A stretch of DNA of 63,940 nucleotides, counting the filler, from Octopus bimaculoides (taxonomy: Eukaryota): assembly GCF_001194135.2 (NCBI RefSeq). It is 5 parts of 5 records of this genome, joined end to end, with 100 filler letters (N's around TTAATTAATTAA, not from the genome) between each part and the next. Parts side by side here need not be neighbours in the genome. Positions count along the whole stretch, not along the records: positions 20,817 to 41,127 come from NC_068983.1; 4 more parts are not named here. The stretch is one strand, 5' to 3'. Of this stretch, positions 26,965 through 40,029 are shown piece after piece. The notes below the pieces were generated by a model. That model made no database searches, was not told the DNA's origin, and worked only from the letters and a program-made list of their open reading frames with translations. Each line of letters begins with the position of its first letter. The first letter of the stretch is position 1. The translations under genes were made by a program, and so were the position numbers.

Positions 26965-27170
26965 GGCACGTGGCTCAGTAGTTAGAGCGTCGGGCTCATA
27001 AGGTCGAGGTAGTGACTTCGATAGCCTGGACTCACCTGTAGAAGTGAGTTGCAACGTCACTAGTGCGAAGTTGTATCGGCTTTGCCTTTCTCTTGGATGA
27101 CATCAGTGGTGCGGAGAGAAGCTGCTATGGTCTTCCATTAACAACCTTTCCTGGACTTGTGCCTCGGGAA
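26965..27170 (+). mobile_element. tRNA-derived SINE family E
   Basis: A box TGGCTCAGTAGTT and a degenerate B box. The body TGTATCGGCTTTGCCTTTCTCTTGGAT recurs at 33560-33600. Confidence 0.6.
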
Positions 27171-27566
27171 CATTCTTCGTACAATTATATGACTATTTGT
27201 GACCGAAAGGCAGTCTTTGCCCTTTAGACGCACATACACACAAACCTATACATATGCACGTGTAAGTATATATATCCATATGGGTGCGCACACACAAACA
27301 CACACACACTCACACACACATACACACACACACACACACAAACACACACATATATATACACATTATATGAGCTTGTCATAATTTTGTACATTGAAACACT
27401 TTCAAAATACGTTTCAAAATACGCCGAGTGATTTGGTGACACTAATTATATTTTAAAAGTTCCCTAGATAGCTATATGCCGTGTATATTACACAAAATTT
27501 ATTCACCTGATGGACTAATTTTTTTTGGTCCTACATTAACGAAATACTAAAGTACATATATACGCA

Positions 27567-27655
<89 letters not shown>

Positions 27656-27702
27656 TATAGATATATATATATGCATATATTGTAATAATAATAATAATAA
27701 TT

Positions 27703-29578
27703 AATACATAATACCAAAAATAAATGACGCAGAAAACTCAAAGATCTATAGTCCAATCACTTGTCTACCAACAATGTATAAAATATTAACATCTGTAATC
27801 GCTGAAAGAACATACACATTCCTAGAAGAAAGCAACCTACTACCCCGCAGAACAAAAAGGATCGACGTGGGAGCTACGAATGCAAGGACCAATTGCCGAT
27901 AAACAAGATAATCCTTGAAGACTGCAAAACCAGGAAAACGAACCTGAGCATATCATTGATCGACTATAAATAGGCATTCGATAGTGTACCTCACTCATGG
28001 ATTCTGAAAGTGATGGAAATATCCCCAGCACTCATAAAGTTTATGAAACACAGCGTGAATATATGGGAAACTACGTTGACGCTGAACCATTCCAGTGGAT
28101 CAATAACAAGCAGACCAATCAAAATCATAAGTGGTATCTTCCAGGGGGACTTGCTGTTATCTTTAATATTCTGCTTGTCACTGTCACCATTAAATACCAT
28201 GCTCAACAAAACCGGGTATGGATATGAGATCAAGAAGATAAAGGGGAGTCATCTGTTCTACATGGATGATCTGAAAATGTACTCCAAAAATGACGAACAA
28301 CAAGAAGGTCTACTCGCTACGGTTAAAAAGTTCAATGATGATATCAGTATGCAGTTTGAACTGGAGAAATGCGCGAAAGCCACTTTCATAAGAAGCAAAC
28401 TGACATGTTCTGCGGATATCCACGTAGATACAGAAGCAAGAATCCGAGCACTGGACCAGGAAGAAGCATATAAATACCATGGCATAGACGAAAGTAATGG
28501 CATAAAACATTCAGCAATGAAAAAGATTAGAAAAGGGTACTACAGGAGAGTACGGTTACTAACAAAGACTGAACTCCACGCTGCAAACAACATAGAAGCC
28601 ATTAACACACTTGCAGTAACAATCGTAGCTTACTGTTTCAACATAATCAACTGGCAAATGAGTGAAATAAAGAAGCTTGGCTCCAAGACCAGAAAACTTC
28701 TAACCATGGCTCTAATGAACCACCCAAAAGCCGTCGTGAACAGTATTTATTTACCGAGAAGCATAGGAGAAAGAGGACTAACTCAATTAGAATTATCTTG
28801 CAAACTCACCACAGTAGGATTAACTACATATCTTGAGCTGTCAAAAGATCCTGTAATGAAGCTTGTGCACCAGCATGATAAAGTAAAGAAACTATACTCG
28901 GTATACAAAGAATCTGTATAGATTTAGAAACAACTGATGCCGGAGGAACCTAGATTGAAGTCGAGTGAGAAAGTAACCCAGTTTGCTAAAAGAGTTAACG
29001 AAGAGATGAAAGAACAAGTCCAGAAGAAGAGCAAAGGAGAATGGCAAGAAAAACCAATGCATGGCCGATACCTATGTAGAGTGAACAAACCAGACGTAGA
29101 AAGATGAGACACTCATGTATGGATGAAGAGCTCAGAACTGAAGGCTGAAACCGAAGGTTTTATCATAGCAGCACGAGATCAAAGCTTTGCAACCAGGGCT
29201 TACCACAACAAAATATGCTGGATCATAGATAGAACATGCCCAGCTGACAACAAAGTACGCGATAAAGTAGAAAAATAAGTCGAGAGATACGACAGGTTAG
29301 CTTGGGAAGTTAAGCAGTTGTGTTCGATGAAAAAGGTAACAGTAGTACCAATAATTGTCGGAGCCCTGGGAACAGTGAACAAAATTCTCGAAAAGTACAT
29401 GAAACAAATAGGGGCTGCAATAAGGATGGAGCACTTGCAGAAAACAGCACTGCTTGGAACCGCTCTAATACTCTGGAAAGTGCTCGAAAAATAAGAGGTG
29501 TTACCTTCGTTCACTGGAAGTGAACAGCTAACACTGACAAATCCAGCGGTAGAAGCTGTGTAAAGGCAATGATAATAA
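27703..29578 (+). mobile_element. Dong/R4-clade non-LTR retrotransposon (RT + restriction-like endonuclease), 5'-truncated and internally deleted
   Basis: YSPITCLPTMYK..EQKG..RGSYECKDQL..DYK*AFDSVPHSW..GIFQGDLLLS..HLFYMDDLK..FELEKCA..YKYHGI..LYSV..KPMHGRY..LKAETEGFIIAARDQS.., then the C-terminus KVTVVPIIVGALG..LQKTALLGTALILWKVLEK*. It is flanked by (TAA)n at the 5' side and AATGATAATAATG plus triplet repeats at the 3' side. Confidence 0.9.
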
Positions 29579-29620
29579 TGGTGATGCTGCTGCTGTCGCT
29601 GCCGCTGCTGCTGCTGCTGT

Positions 29621-29660
<40 letters not shown>

Positions 29661-29662
<2 letters not shown>

Positions 29663-29790
29663 GCGGTTCGGCGAAAATACCGATAAAATAAGTACTCGGC
29701 TTATAAAGAATAAGTCATGCAGTCGATTTATTCGACTAAAGGTGGTGCTCCAGCATGGCCGCAGTCAAATGACTGAAACAAGTAAAAGAA
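29661..29790 (+). mobile_element. SINE family B, 3' half
   Basis: AGCGGTTCGGC..CCGATAAAATAAGTAC..CGACTAAAGGTGGTGCTCCAGCATGGCCGCAGTCAAATGACTGAAACAAGTAAAAGA is shared with 48681, 51310, 54658 and 62551. Confidence 0.85.
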
Positions 29791-30583
29791 TGATCGGTAT
29801 ATTGAGCTTCGTACATGTGTACCCTAGTGTGAGTTTGGTGGCGTGTACTTTTCTCTCACTCAATAATACTAATACTAATAATAATACATATTTTCGTGTT
29901 TCAATTAATAAGGTATTTGTTGAACGAATAAGGAATTTAAAAGGATACAAGGATTAACACAATTTCAAATAATACAGAAACGCAAACTCGACGCAAGATA
30001 TATTTATCACAAACACATAAGGATGTAGCTATTCTCCAATAGGAACTTTACGAGAAAAAAATATCTGCCTGAAAGCTATAGGAATATGTAGAATAGAAAA
30101 TAGCAAGTAACCCAAATACAAAATCACTACAAACAAAACTCACAAAATTTGATTGCTGTCAAGTACGCCTCGAAATGGAAAACAATAGTAGGAGCCACCT
30201 GCACTTTTGTAAAAATGGGAGAAATAGCGACGGGCAATATTATAGAAATCTGATCTGAATATTTGTCATACTTGTCAGGTTAAGATGATTGGTAGAAAGC
30301 ATTTCTTTGTAGTGAAACCAGAAGTGGAGAAAAAAAAGTTTCAACACATGCTAAGCAGTCTTATGTCAAATAGTTTTGAGCGAACACAAGATATTACGAG
30401 AAACAACCAAAAGCCTATCATAATCAATTCACAATCAATATAGTAAGAGGATCAACAGAACATATCATGGCATATTATATATATATATATATNNNNNNNN
30501 NNNNNNNNNNNNNNNNNNNNNNNNNNNNNNNNNNNNNNNNNNNNNNNNNTATATATAAAGAAAAGAAAATGGAGTTGAAGAAT

Positions 30584-30762
30584 TTAATAATTGATTATTA
30601 TCAACAAATTGGTCGTCTTCGCTTCTTACAGCCGTTTCAATTAATACTCAATTACTTAATTACAAATTTGCACATTGTATTTGCAATTAACTTATTGAGT
30701 ATTAATTGAAACGGCAGCAAGAAGTGAAAATGACCAATTTGTTGATAATAAACAATTATTAA
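30584..30762. repeat. ~180-bp inverted repeat (foldback/MITE-like)
   Basis: Arms of about 76 bp (AATAATTGATTATTATCAACAAATTGGTC...AATACTCAAT) are near-complementary around a loop of about 23 nt. Confidence 0.85.
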
Positions 30763-30941
30763 CTTCCTTATTGCCATTTTCTCTTCTTCTCTTAAATGGA
30801 CATATTATATGCTTTATATTTACCTATTGTTTTAAGGGAAGTTCATTCCCCAATAATACTAGGTATTGAATCAGTATTTCTTTGGATGCAACCATCCCTT
30901 CACGAGGTTAACATATCCGGTAAATAAAAGCTATATGCGTG

Positions 30942-30980
<39 letters not shown>

Positions 30981-31756
30981 GTGCGTGTGCGTGTGTGTGT
31001 GTCCGTGCATGCGTGTGCGTATAAAAGTCAAATTTAAAATAATATGTAACTCTCATAACTTCTAGAAATTACTCCTAGAATTGACTTTCTTTACCATAAA
31101 TGTAATCTTATAGATTATGGATACCACCTTGTAACTGACGTTTTTGCCATTCCTTACTATCTTAATTGTGTTATTATTTTATTTTATATTATTATTTTAG
31201 CTTACTTCCTCACATGCTAGATTTCTAGCAGTTTAGTTTCTCTGATGAAGCTTTGGGGCTCAGTCATTGTCCAACTTCGGTCCAATGATTTTTCAACCTT
31301 TATAAAATGTCTGTATATTACTGGCATGATATGGAAAACTTGGCAGATTGGGCAACTCCATAGTAGAACCAGCTGTAAGAGCTCAGTATTTTTTCATTCC
31401 TTTATTCTTATTCATTTATTTATATTTATTTATCTATCTATCTATTTGATTATTTCATTAGTATATTTTGATTACTGATACATATCAATAAATAGATATA
31501 AATGAATGTCCACAGGATGATCTTCGTCGATTGATTATCCTCTCCAATTTCCTATTTGCCTTACCAATTCTTGATAAATATCTGTTATACTACCACTCAT
31601 ATATAGCATTCAACTGCGATACTGCGCTACAATAGTGAGCACTTGGATATAAATATGTAGGTATACATCTAACAGTATATTGGATATTTATTATCCCTTA
31701 GATGGTTGCTTAAACTGTAACTCATCTATCTATCTATATATCTGTCTATCTATATA

Positions 31757-31831
<75 letters not shown>

Positions 31832-31973
31832 NNNNNNNNNNCTTATATTTATGATGATAAATGTTCTTACCGATAAAGGTTTATTTCATACTGAACTACT
31901 TGGCAAAATTGTTAATTGTTAATTGTTAATTCTATTATTAATTGACGATTCCCTGCCCTCATTTCTTGTATAT

Positions 31974-32021
<48 letters not shown>

Positions 32022-32067
32022 TACGGATATAATATATATACATGTATTTACTATGTATATATACATA

Positions 32068-32171
<104 letters not shown>

Positions 32172-32506
32172 TGTTTCTGAATATATATATATAACTTATA
32201 TATGTCTATGTCTCAGATACCTATACACACATATGCATATGAAATACACATATTGTACAAGTCTGGAGTACTGTCAGCTTTCGTTTCCTGCAATGTATAC
32301 CTGTCATATGAAGCACCACTTCTAATGTTGTCCCATAAATGAATGCAAGGAAATGGTGTATAAAAAATAGCCATTCAATAAAATACTGTTATAAGATGAC
32401 AGATGTATTATGTATAATTGAGTCTAACACTATCAGAGAAGTTCGTGTATCACACAGGAAAAACGATAACATAATCTTCAGGAAAGTTATGTATGTATAC
32501 AAAGAC

Positions 32507-32540
<34 letters not shown>

Positions 32541-33547
32541 AGAAGAAGAAGAATGATAAAACATGGAGGGAGAGACTATTTATAAAATTGCATTTAATGA
32601 TGTAATATAAATGGTAAATAAAAATAAGTTTTTAGATATTTTATTATTAAATCTCCGACTGGAGACTATAGCAAAATTGCTGTTGTCACTGCCTAGTTAT
32701 AAAGATCTATAAGTGACACATCACTGAGCTGTAGATATAAATTAGACTGAATAAATGATGAATTTGGGGTGTCTCTTTAAAACATGTAATTCTTAATTCA
32801 TATACATTTGCAGAGTTGTTAATGTAAATAAGGGATTTCGAAGTTGAGCACAATGTCTATCACAGTTGTTTGTAGAATAGCTGTGCATATGGTGTGTATC
32901 TCATTTAGAAAAGATTTCCATAGAAAAGCCAACTATGTATTTTTCAGAGAGGAAGAATTAAGGAATATCCGTAATAAAGGATATTAGTAGTTACCAGTCC
33001 CATCGCCGAAGAGACTCTTTCTTTTATACATAGAGCTCAATACTATTTTTAACATTCTACACGCAAAGAAATTGAAATGACGAAAAGCAAAAGAAGGGAA
33101 AGAAAAACTGAAGAAAAATTCATTCAATTTTAAATACAGATTCAACTTCGCCAGCTAGAATTTTAAGAAATATGAAAATGAAAATTTAAGCATAATGTAT
33201 CAGAAAAAGATGGACAGAAACAATTTACCATCTGTTGTCCCTGTCACTGTTCCACTTCAAAGAAAACCAGTGCCATACCCTCGCGTACACAATACAGCAG
33301 GATACACTATTTCTGTTACTTTGCAGACTTAATTTTAAATATATGACATAAAAACTACAGTTTTTATTTTTGTTGCTTTTCAGGTCATTAACAGAGGCTA
33401 CTAAACCAACAAATTTACGTTGGCGCGCACACACACACACACACACACAAATATATATATATATACATACACATTTATTTAACACTAATAAATACAGAAG
33501 ACGTTTTATTTCACATTGCTCAAGATCACTTAGCAGTAGAAATGTGT

Positions 33548-33740
33548 TGCAATGTTACTGGTGCCGAACTGTATCGGTCTTTGCCTTTCTCTTGGATACC
33601 ATTGGTGGCATGGATAAGGGAAGGCTGGAATGTTTGGGCGACTGCGGGACTTGCATAAACCATCTTGCTGGGACTTGTACTTCGGTGGATAAATTTAAAG
33701 AAGCAATCCCACGGTCATCCATCACCGAGAGGGGTCCTTT
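33548..33740 (+). mobile_element. Internal/3' part of SINE family E
   Basis: Shares TGTATCGG(T)CTTTGCCTTTCTCTTGGAT...GGACTTGT with 27070-27170. Confidence 0.6.
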
Positions 33741-34994
33741 AAAGTATGTACATAGATATTTTCCCCAAATATACATGTGCATCTCTCATTCCTGACATGC
33801 ATCATTTTATACGAATCTATTTATAGATCCTAGAAACATTTACATAATTTTTTCTACATTCATATCAATTTAAATGTAATTATTAATTGATACGCAGAAA
33901 AAAATTATACTTTCGAATTAATTAATAAGACTTGTTCGTACAGACCTACATGCCTTTACACATAGTCACATATTTGTTTAGACATAATAGCAATAATGAT
34001 AGATACTCAATATTCACACACTAATGACACATTGTAAATATAAATGCATAGTGATAGTTGATGAAAAATATATATACCTCATAATTGCACCCAGTTTTGC
34101 ACTTGTTGTACTTGTAGATGGTAATTTTTCTTGCCAAATAAACACGCACTATATGTTCATTCGACACTTGTTTGTTATTGTTCTTATTTTATGTCCATTG
34201 TTTGGAAGTCTTTTTTCACACACCTGTAACTTCCTCGGTCACTTTCCATCCCACGGTTCATAACAACATAGTAACACACAAATAACTTTAAAAATATATA
34301 ATACAAATTTGTCTCTATGAATGTGCAGATAATACACCAAACTAGACAAGGATTAATAAATTTCGTTTAATAAAAAATACAAACCACTGCTGAATAGGCT
34401 ATAAGAAACATCTGTAATACGTAATTCTCCTTTTCCTATGCATTAATCATTGTAGAAAACCGGCTTTGGCTCGTTCTGATGAAAACTAAAGTGCATGTAG
34501 CAGTTATCATCTATGTTGTTTTTATTTACTCTGCACTCCATTAAGAACGCAAAAATATGCTTTAGCACGTTCAAGTCTATAGTTATCTGTAACATTTTTT
34601 CTAAGAATTTAATACTTATACATATCTCTTTTTTCTAACTCTCATATGGCATATTAAATGGAGAAATGCTCTTATCCGACCGCCACATAAATGTGATCAT
34701 TTATACATAAATGTTGGTCAAACAATATGTATGTTAACTGATATCATTCTGAGCCACATTCCTACTGTAAAACAAACTATTGTATTAAAACAGCCAGAAT
34801 TAACATAATTCCCGACACAGCTACAAATTCTATGCACGTTTGAAAAACTAACGTGGAACCTATAAAGTGTACCGCTATATTTTAAACATAATTGAACTCT
34901 AATTAACTCTTATATACTCTCTGTGAATTTTCGTCTTCATTTACCCAATTTCCTATTCATCCATTTTCTGAGATTACTAACAATATATATATAT

Positions 34995-35160
34995 ATATAT
35001 TGTTGGACTTTATAAAAAACAAAAGACGAAGAAAGGTGTGTAAGCAACAAACACGTGTATTAGTTTAACGCTCAGGAAAGTGGCAAGCTTTTTTACATTT
35101 TGAGCCTACGCTCTTCAACAGAAAGGAACATGATAAAATAAACAGAGTGAATAAAAAAAG
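34995..35160 (-). mobile_element. Probable Penelope-like pLTR fragment with degenerate hammerhead-like fold
   Basis: The minus strand at 35091-35125 reads CTTT-CTGTTGA-A-GAGC-GTAG-GCTC-AAAATGT-A-AAA. Confidence 0.35.
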
Positions 35161-38100
35161 AAAGCTTTAGTAGCTAGCTATCAATCATGGTGATGGCCGG
35201 ACAGAGGTGGTCAGAGAGGAAAGCAAGGAAGAAGGAGAGATAATAGTAGCGGTGATCCCAAAACGAATGTGCGCGCGGGTGTGTATGTGACAGCGTATGT
35301 GTGCGTGTGGTGTGATACTGTTGGGGTGTGTGGTGTGTGATGGTGGGGGTATGCAGGGGTGGGGTATGTAGGAGTAGTGTGTGTGAGTGGGGTGAAGTAT
35401 GTGGGAGTGGAATGTGTGGTAGGCGATGTATAGGGATGGTGGGTTCGGGATTTTTAAGGGTGGGNNNNNNNNNNNNNNNNNNNNNNNNNNNNNNNNNNNG
35501 GAGGGGTTACGATGAAGGGAGAGGGTGGAGGGGAGAAGGTAGGTAGGAGTGAATAGAGGAAGTAGGTGTCTGAGCAAGAGAGGAAAGGTGAGGTGGGTGG
35601 GTGTGAAGAGAGGAAGTAGGTGTGAGAGGAACAGAGGAGAGTTAAATGAAGAGGAGAGGGGAGCCCATGTGGCACAAAGGAGCGAAGAGAGAATACTAAT
35701 TCGTGTTCACGGTGAAGACGGGAATCCGGATGGCTACTGTGCAAGATGTAATACAAACTGGTGGAATGGGGCAGGTAAACATCCAGTCTACGCATGTCGC
35801 TTAGGTAGCAGATCCTCAGAAGCAATAATTACTCCACGCGGGATATCCACTAGCTACTCATTAGGCCGAAGACACCGTAGTGAAATGGAAGTTACATTGT
35901 CGTTAACGAAGCCAAAGCGAACTCACTGTAAATTCATAGAAACCTAAGTTGACAAGAATGAACTATAAAAAATCCTTTTTTTAGCTTCTCAAAAATCAGT
36001 CTAGGAAAGCTTTGGGGAAAACTGTGATATGGGAAAATCCTTCTACGTGAATAGATTCTTATTGTTCCTGAAAGTTGCATTTTATACCTACCACAGACTT
36101 CTCGGATCTAAATAACATCTATTCCTAAATCCCTGTAATTTACAATTACATACCATTACACACACACATACACACACATACGAACACGCATACGCGCACA
36201 CATGCACACACACACACACACACGTGCGTACACATACACACGCACACATATTGCTTTTCTTAGCAGTATTTTGCTGATTGTAATTGTAATAAAGAATACA
36301 ATTTTGTTGCATGAGATTCTAATCTATTTGGTGCGTGTAACGGAATGCATTGTGCACATTCCAAACAAATGACTGTACAGTAACTGTGTGGGTAGAGAAA
36401 TAAAATTCTTTCAGACTTCTGGTCTTTCTTTGCGTTCGACTTCTACTTTTCTTATGTAGACATTATGAATGTAGTTACTACGGTTGGAGACCAGGAATAT
36501 ATAACCTATTACTGGTCTACTTTCACCGATTGGCAAAGTTGAATACTTTTGATCATATATGGATACTCATAATGAAAAGTGGATTCATCAGATTTGTTAA
36601 GTATGCTTTCAACAAGATAGTTATTACATAGTAAATTATTATGATATGTCTTTAATTGACTGTTTATGATAAATCTTCGTATGCATGGTAATAGCAACAA
36701 TCATAATGATGACTTGCGAATTAACTAAGACGTGTTAATAAGAAACTCGTTTCATTAATACGTAGGTACTCGGGCATAATCTTTGTTTATCTATTGTTGT
36801 ACAAATTGAACCGGGTTAATGTGCCTAAAAAGAATTGTGTATTTATTTTTTTATGAATATTGTTTTTTTTTTCATGATAGTTAACAAATTCCTTAATTAT
36901 TTTATATGAAATATTGTATAAATAGGAGTAAATAGTAGTCTGTCTCTACAAAATCTTACTCTACTTTGAGAGATTAGCCTTTCGCTTTACTTAAAACCGA
37001 TACAAACTTTCATTCCACCACACACAAGCACAGACACTTACGCACACACATACATACACATTGATATATATATATATATANNNNNNNNNNNNNNNNNNNN
37101 NNNNNNNNNNNNNNNNNNNNNNNNNNNNNNNNNNNNNNNNNNNNNNNNNNNNNNNNNNNNNNNNNNNNNNNNNNNNNNNNNNNNNNNNNNNNNNNNNNNN
37201 NNNNNNNNNNNNNNNNNNNNNNNNNNNNNNNNNNNNNNNNNNNNNNNNNNNNNNNNNNNNNNNNNNNNNNNNNNNNNNNNNNNNNNNNNNNNNNNNNNNN
37301 NNNNNNNNNNNNNNNNNNNNNNNNNNNNNNNNNNNNNNNNNNNNNNNNNNNNNNNNNNNNNNNNNNNNNNNNNNNNNNNNNNNNNNNNNNNNNNNNNNNN
37401 NNNNNNNNNNNNNNNNNNNNNNNNNNNNNNNNNNNNNNNNNNNNNNNNNNNNNNNNNNNNNNNNNNNNNNNNNNNNNNNNNNNNNNNNNNNNNNNNNNNN
37501 NNNNNNNNNNNNNNNNNNNNNNNNNNNNNNNNNNNNNNNNNNNNNNNNNNNNNNNNNNNNNNNNNNNNNNNNNNNNNNNNNNNNNNNNNNNNNNNNNNNN
37601 NNNNNNNNNNNNNNNNNNNNNNNNNNNNNNNNNNNNNNNNNNNNNNNNNNNNNNNNNNNNNNNNNNNNNNNNNNNNNNNNNNNNNNNNNNNNNNNNNNNN
37701 NNNNNNNNNNNNNNNNNNNNNNNNNNNNNNNNNNNNNNNNNNNNNNNNNNNNNNNNNNNNNNNNNNNNNNNNNNNNNNNNNNNNNNNNNNNNNNNNNNNN
37801 NNNNNNNNNNNNNNNNNNNNNNNNNNNNNNNNNNNNNNNNNNNNNNNNNNNNNNNNNNNNNNNNNNNNNNNNNNNNNNNNNNNNNNNNNNNNNNNNNNNN
37901 NNNNNNNNNNNNNNNNNNNNNNNNNNNNNNNNNNNNNNNNNNNNATATATATATTCATAGAATACTTTTCATTTATAAAATTTTCTAACGTGGGAAATAT
38001 GCTTTTCAAATTATTGCTTATGATATTTCTCTTATTTTACGTATAATCTGCAAACAATTCAAGCATATTACATAATATTACCTAATATTTCCAAGTTTTA

Positions 38101-38164
38101 CTGATGCTTTTCGTATACACACAAATGCGTTTATATAAATACATCTGCATATGTGTGTGTGTGT

Positions 38165-38820
38165 GTGTAATAATTGGCAAGTTTGTGTGCTTGTGAATTT
38201 GTTAATTTAACTCCTTCGAGACTATCCAACAGACCTTGATGAAACTTGACACGTGTAGGGGGCTAATGCCCATGCGGTCACTTACGCTCTTGGAATTTAA
38301 AAACAAATCGATTTTTAATCAGCATCGATTTTTCAAAAATTGTACAATTTCGGCATTTCTCGCACAAGTCATTGTGAGATCAGTTTGATGAAAAATGCTT
38401 CATGGATATAAACAGACTACTTATTAACGGTAATCTGTTTAGCATTTGCTAGTTCTTCATTTCAATACGAATTGCTTTGATTTGCTAAAACTTAGAATTT
38501 CCAATTCGTTGTTTTAATTTCTCAGTATTTCAGGTCTTAAATAGATAAGTGCATTTNNNNNNNNNNNNNNNNNNNNNNNNNNNNNNNNNNNNNNNNNNNN
38601 NNNNNNNNNNNNNNNNNNNNNNNNNNNNNNNNNNNNNNNNNNNNNNNNNNNTATAGATTTAATTTTTTTATGTCGAAATTTGACGAAAAATATTTCACCT
38701 TATAAGCAGACATCTTATTAACTGTAATTTATTTAGAATTGTTTTGATTTGCCAAAACTTATTATTTCAATTCGTTCTTTTAGTTCCTTAGTGTTTCAGA
38801 TCTTAAATAGGGAAGCGATT
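38165..38820 (+). mobile_element. Probable non-autonomous Helitron-type element body with ~80-bp internal repeats
   Basis: The 5' segment AACTCCTTCGAGACTATCCAACAGACCTTGATGAAACTTGACAC resembles non-autonomous Helitron/Helentron starts (from memory). The internal repeat 38470-38530 recurs at 38736-38815. Confidence 0.45.
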
Positions 38821-39149
38821 TTTATTCAGTATTCTTACGTATAACCATAGATATACTGACAATCAAACTACACTTATACAAACTACTACTTACATACAAG
38901 GTTTAACTTATCAGTATACCCCCCTCTTAGCTTGCGAATACATTTGGAGTTCAGATTTGCGTTAAGTTACTACATGAACCTTAACTCTTATAGAAGGTTC
39001 AGGATCTTATATCAGTCTTTTAAGACAAGGATATTCTCATATGAGCCTCAACTTACTTAAAATGTCAGGACTTCTTATCCACTATATCATTCATGGAAAG
39101 GGATTTTAATCTTCAGATTGGACAACCCATGTTATTTTGTCAAAACACG

Positions 39150-39410
39150 AAACATATGTGGTCTTAGCACCCTATCTTGTATTTCGTACACGGAAACTAA
39201 AAGAAGACTGTTGTATATATGTTTAAGTTTCTCTCTGTGTGTGTCTGTGCTTGTACCATCACCATTGCTTGACATCCGATGTTGCTGTGTTTACGTTCCC
39301 ATAATTAAGCGGTTCCTAAAAAGACACTTATAAAACAAGTACTAAGTTTGTTCGACCAACAGCGGTGCTCCAGTATGGTGGCAGTCAGATGGCTGAAACT
39401 CGTAAGACAA
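39150..39410 (+). mobile_element. SINE family B, degraded
   Basis: CGGAAACTAAAAGAAGAC...GCTTGACATCCGATGTTG...AGCGGTTC...GCGGTGCTCCAGTATGG..GCAGTC. Confidence 0.8.
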
Positions 39411-39430
39411 AAAAAAAAACTATGCCATAT

Positions 39431-39464
39431 TAATCCCGAGCAAGGCCGAGTATCTCTCTGCTAG
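39431..39464 (+). mobile_element. Helitron 3' terminus (degenerate hairpin + CTAG|T)
   Basis: ATCCCGAGCAAGGCCGAGTATCTCTCTGCTAG|T parallels AACCCGGGCAACGCCGGGTCATTCAGCCAG|T at 3972-4001. Confidence 0.7.
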
Positions 39465-39995
39465 TATATGTATATATACATATACATCTGAGGTGTTAAT
39501 TAGGGTGTGAAGTTAGGGCATTTCCAGTGAAGCACACGACCCCAAGATAAACTGATTTGCCATATATGACCCTAGCTAATATATCAATATTGTTGTTGTT
39601 GTTGTTTTTATTATTTTTCTTCTTTCTTTTCTTCTGCTTCCTCTCCTTGTCACTCTTCCTCTTCTCCACATTCATCTTTTGTTTGTATGTTCTTCCTCCT
39701 TCTCCTTTTTCTGTGTACCCATCCCCTTGATCCCACCCCACTTATCCCATATACACACTTTGGCCTTTATTTTTGGTTGATGCAAGTCTGATGAGGTGTC
39801 ACTCTAATCCCTAAATCAGCACAAATTATATAAGTTTTTGCGTAAACTGGCGTTTCAAGTAAAGTTCACAGAGAAACAATTGTAACGAATCATTAAAAAT
39901 GTGTTAAAGAACTTTCTGGATCTTGTTTTATTTTCACTTTATATACATATGTATGTGTGTGCGTGCGTTAATCTATATCTATCTATATGTCTGCG

Positions 39996-40029
<34 letters not shown>

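Noticed and set aside
33159-33332. Short Pro-rich ORF (..MDRNNLPSVVPVTVPLQRKPVPYPRVHN..) and a strong acceptor at 33381
   Set aside because: No convincing donor or recognisable domain; insufficient support.
35290-35690. G-rich tract with G-quadruplex potential (and the CT-rich tract at 59270-59604)
   Set aside because: Low-complexity sequence next to gaps, common in this genome type, with no specific evidence of function.
35730-35774. Possible first exon MATVQDVIQTGGMGQ|GTAAAC within ORF 35549-35947
   Set aside because: No partner exon or homology is recognisable, and it sits beside repeat-derived G-rich sequence.
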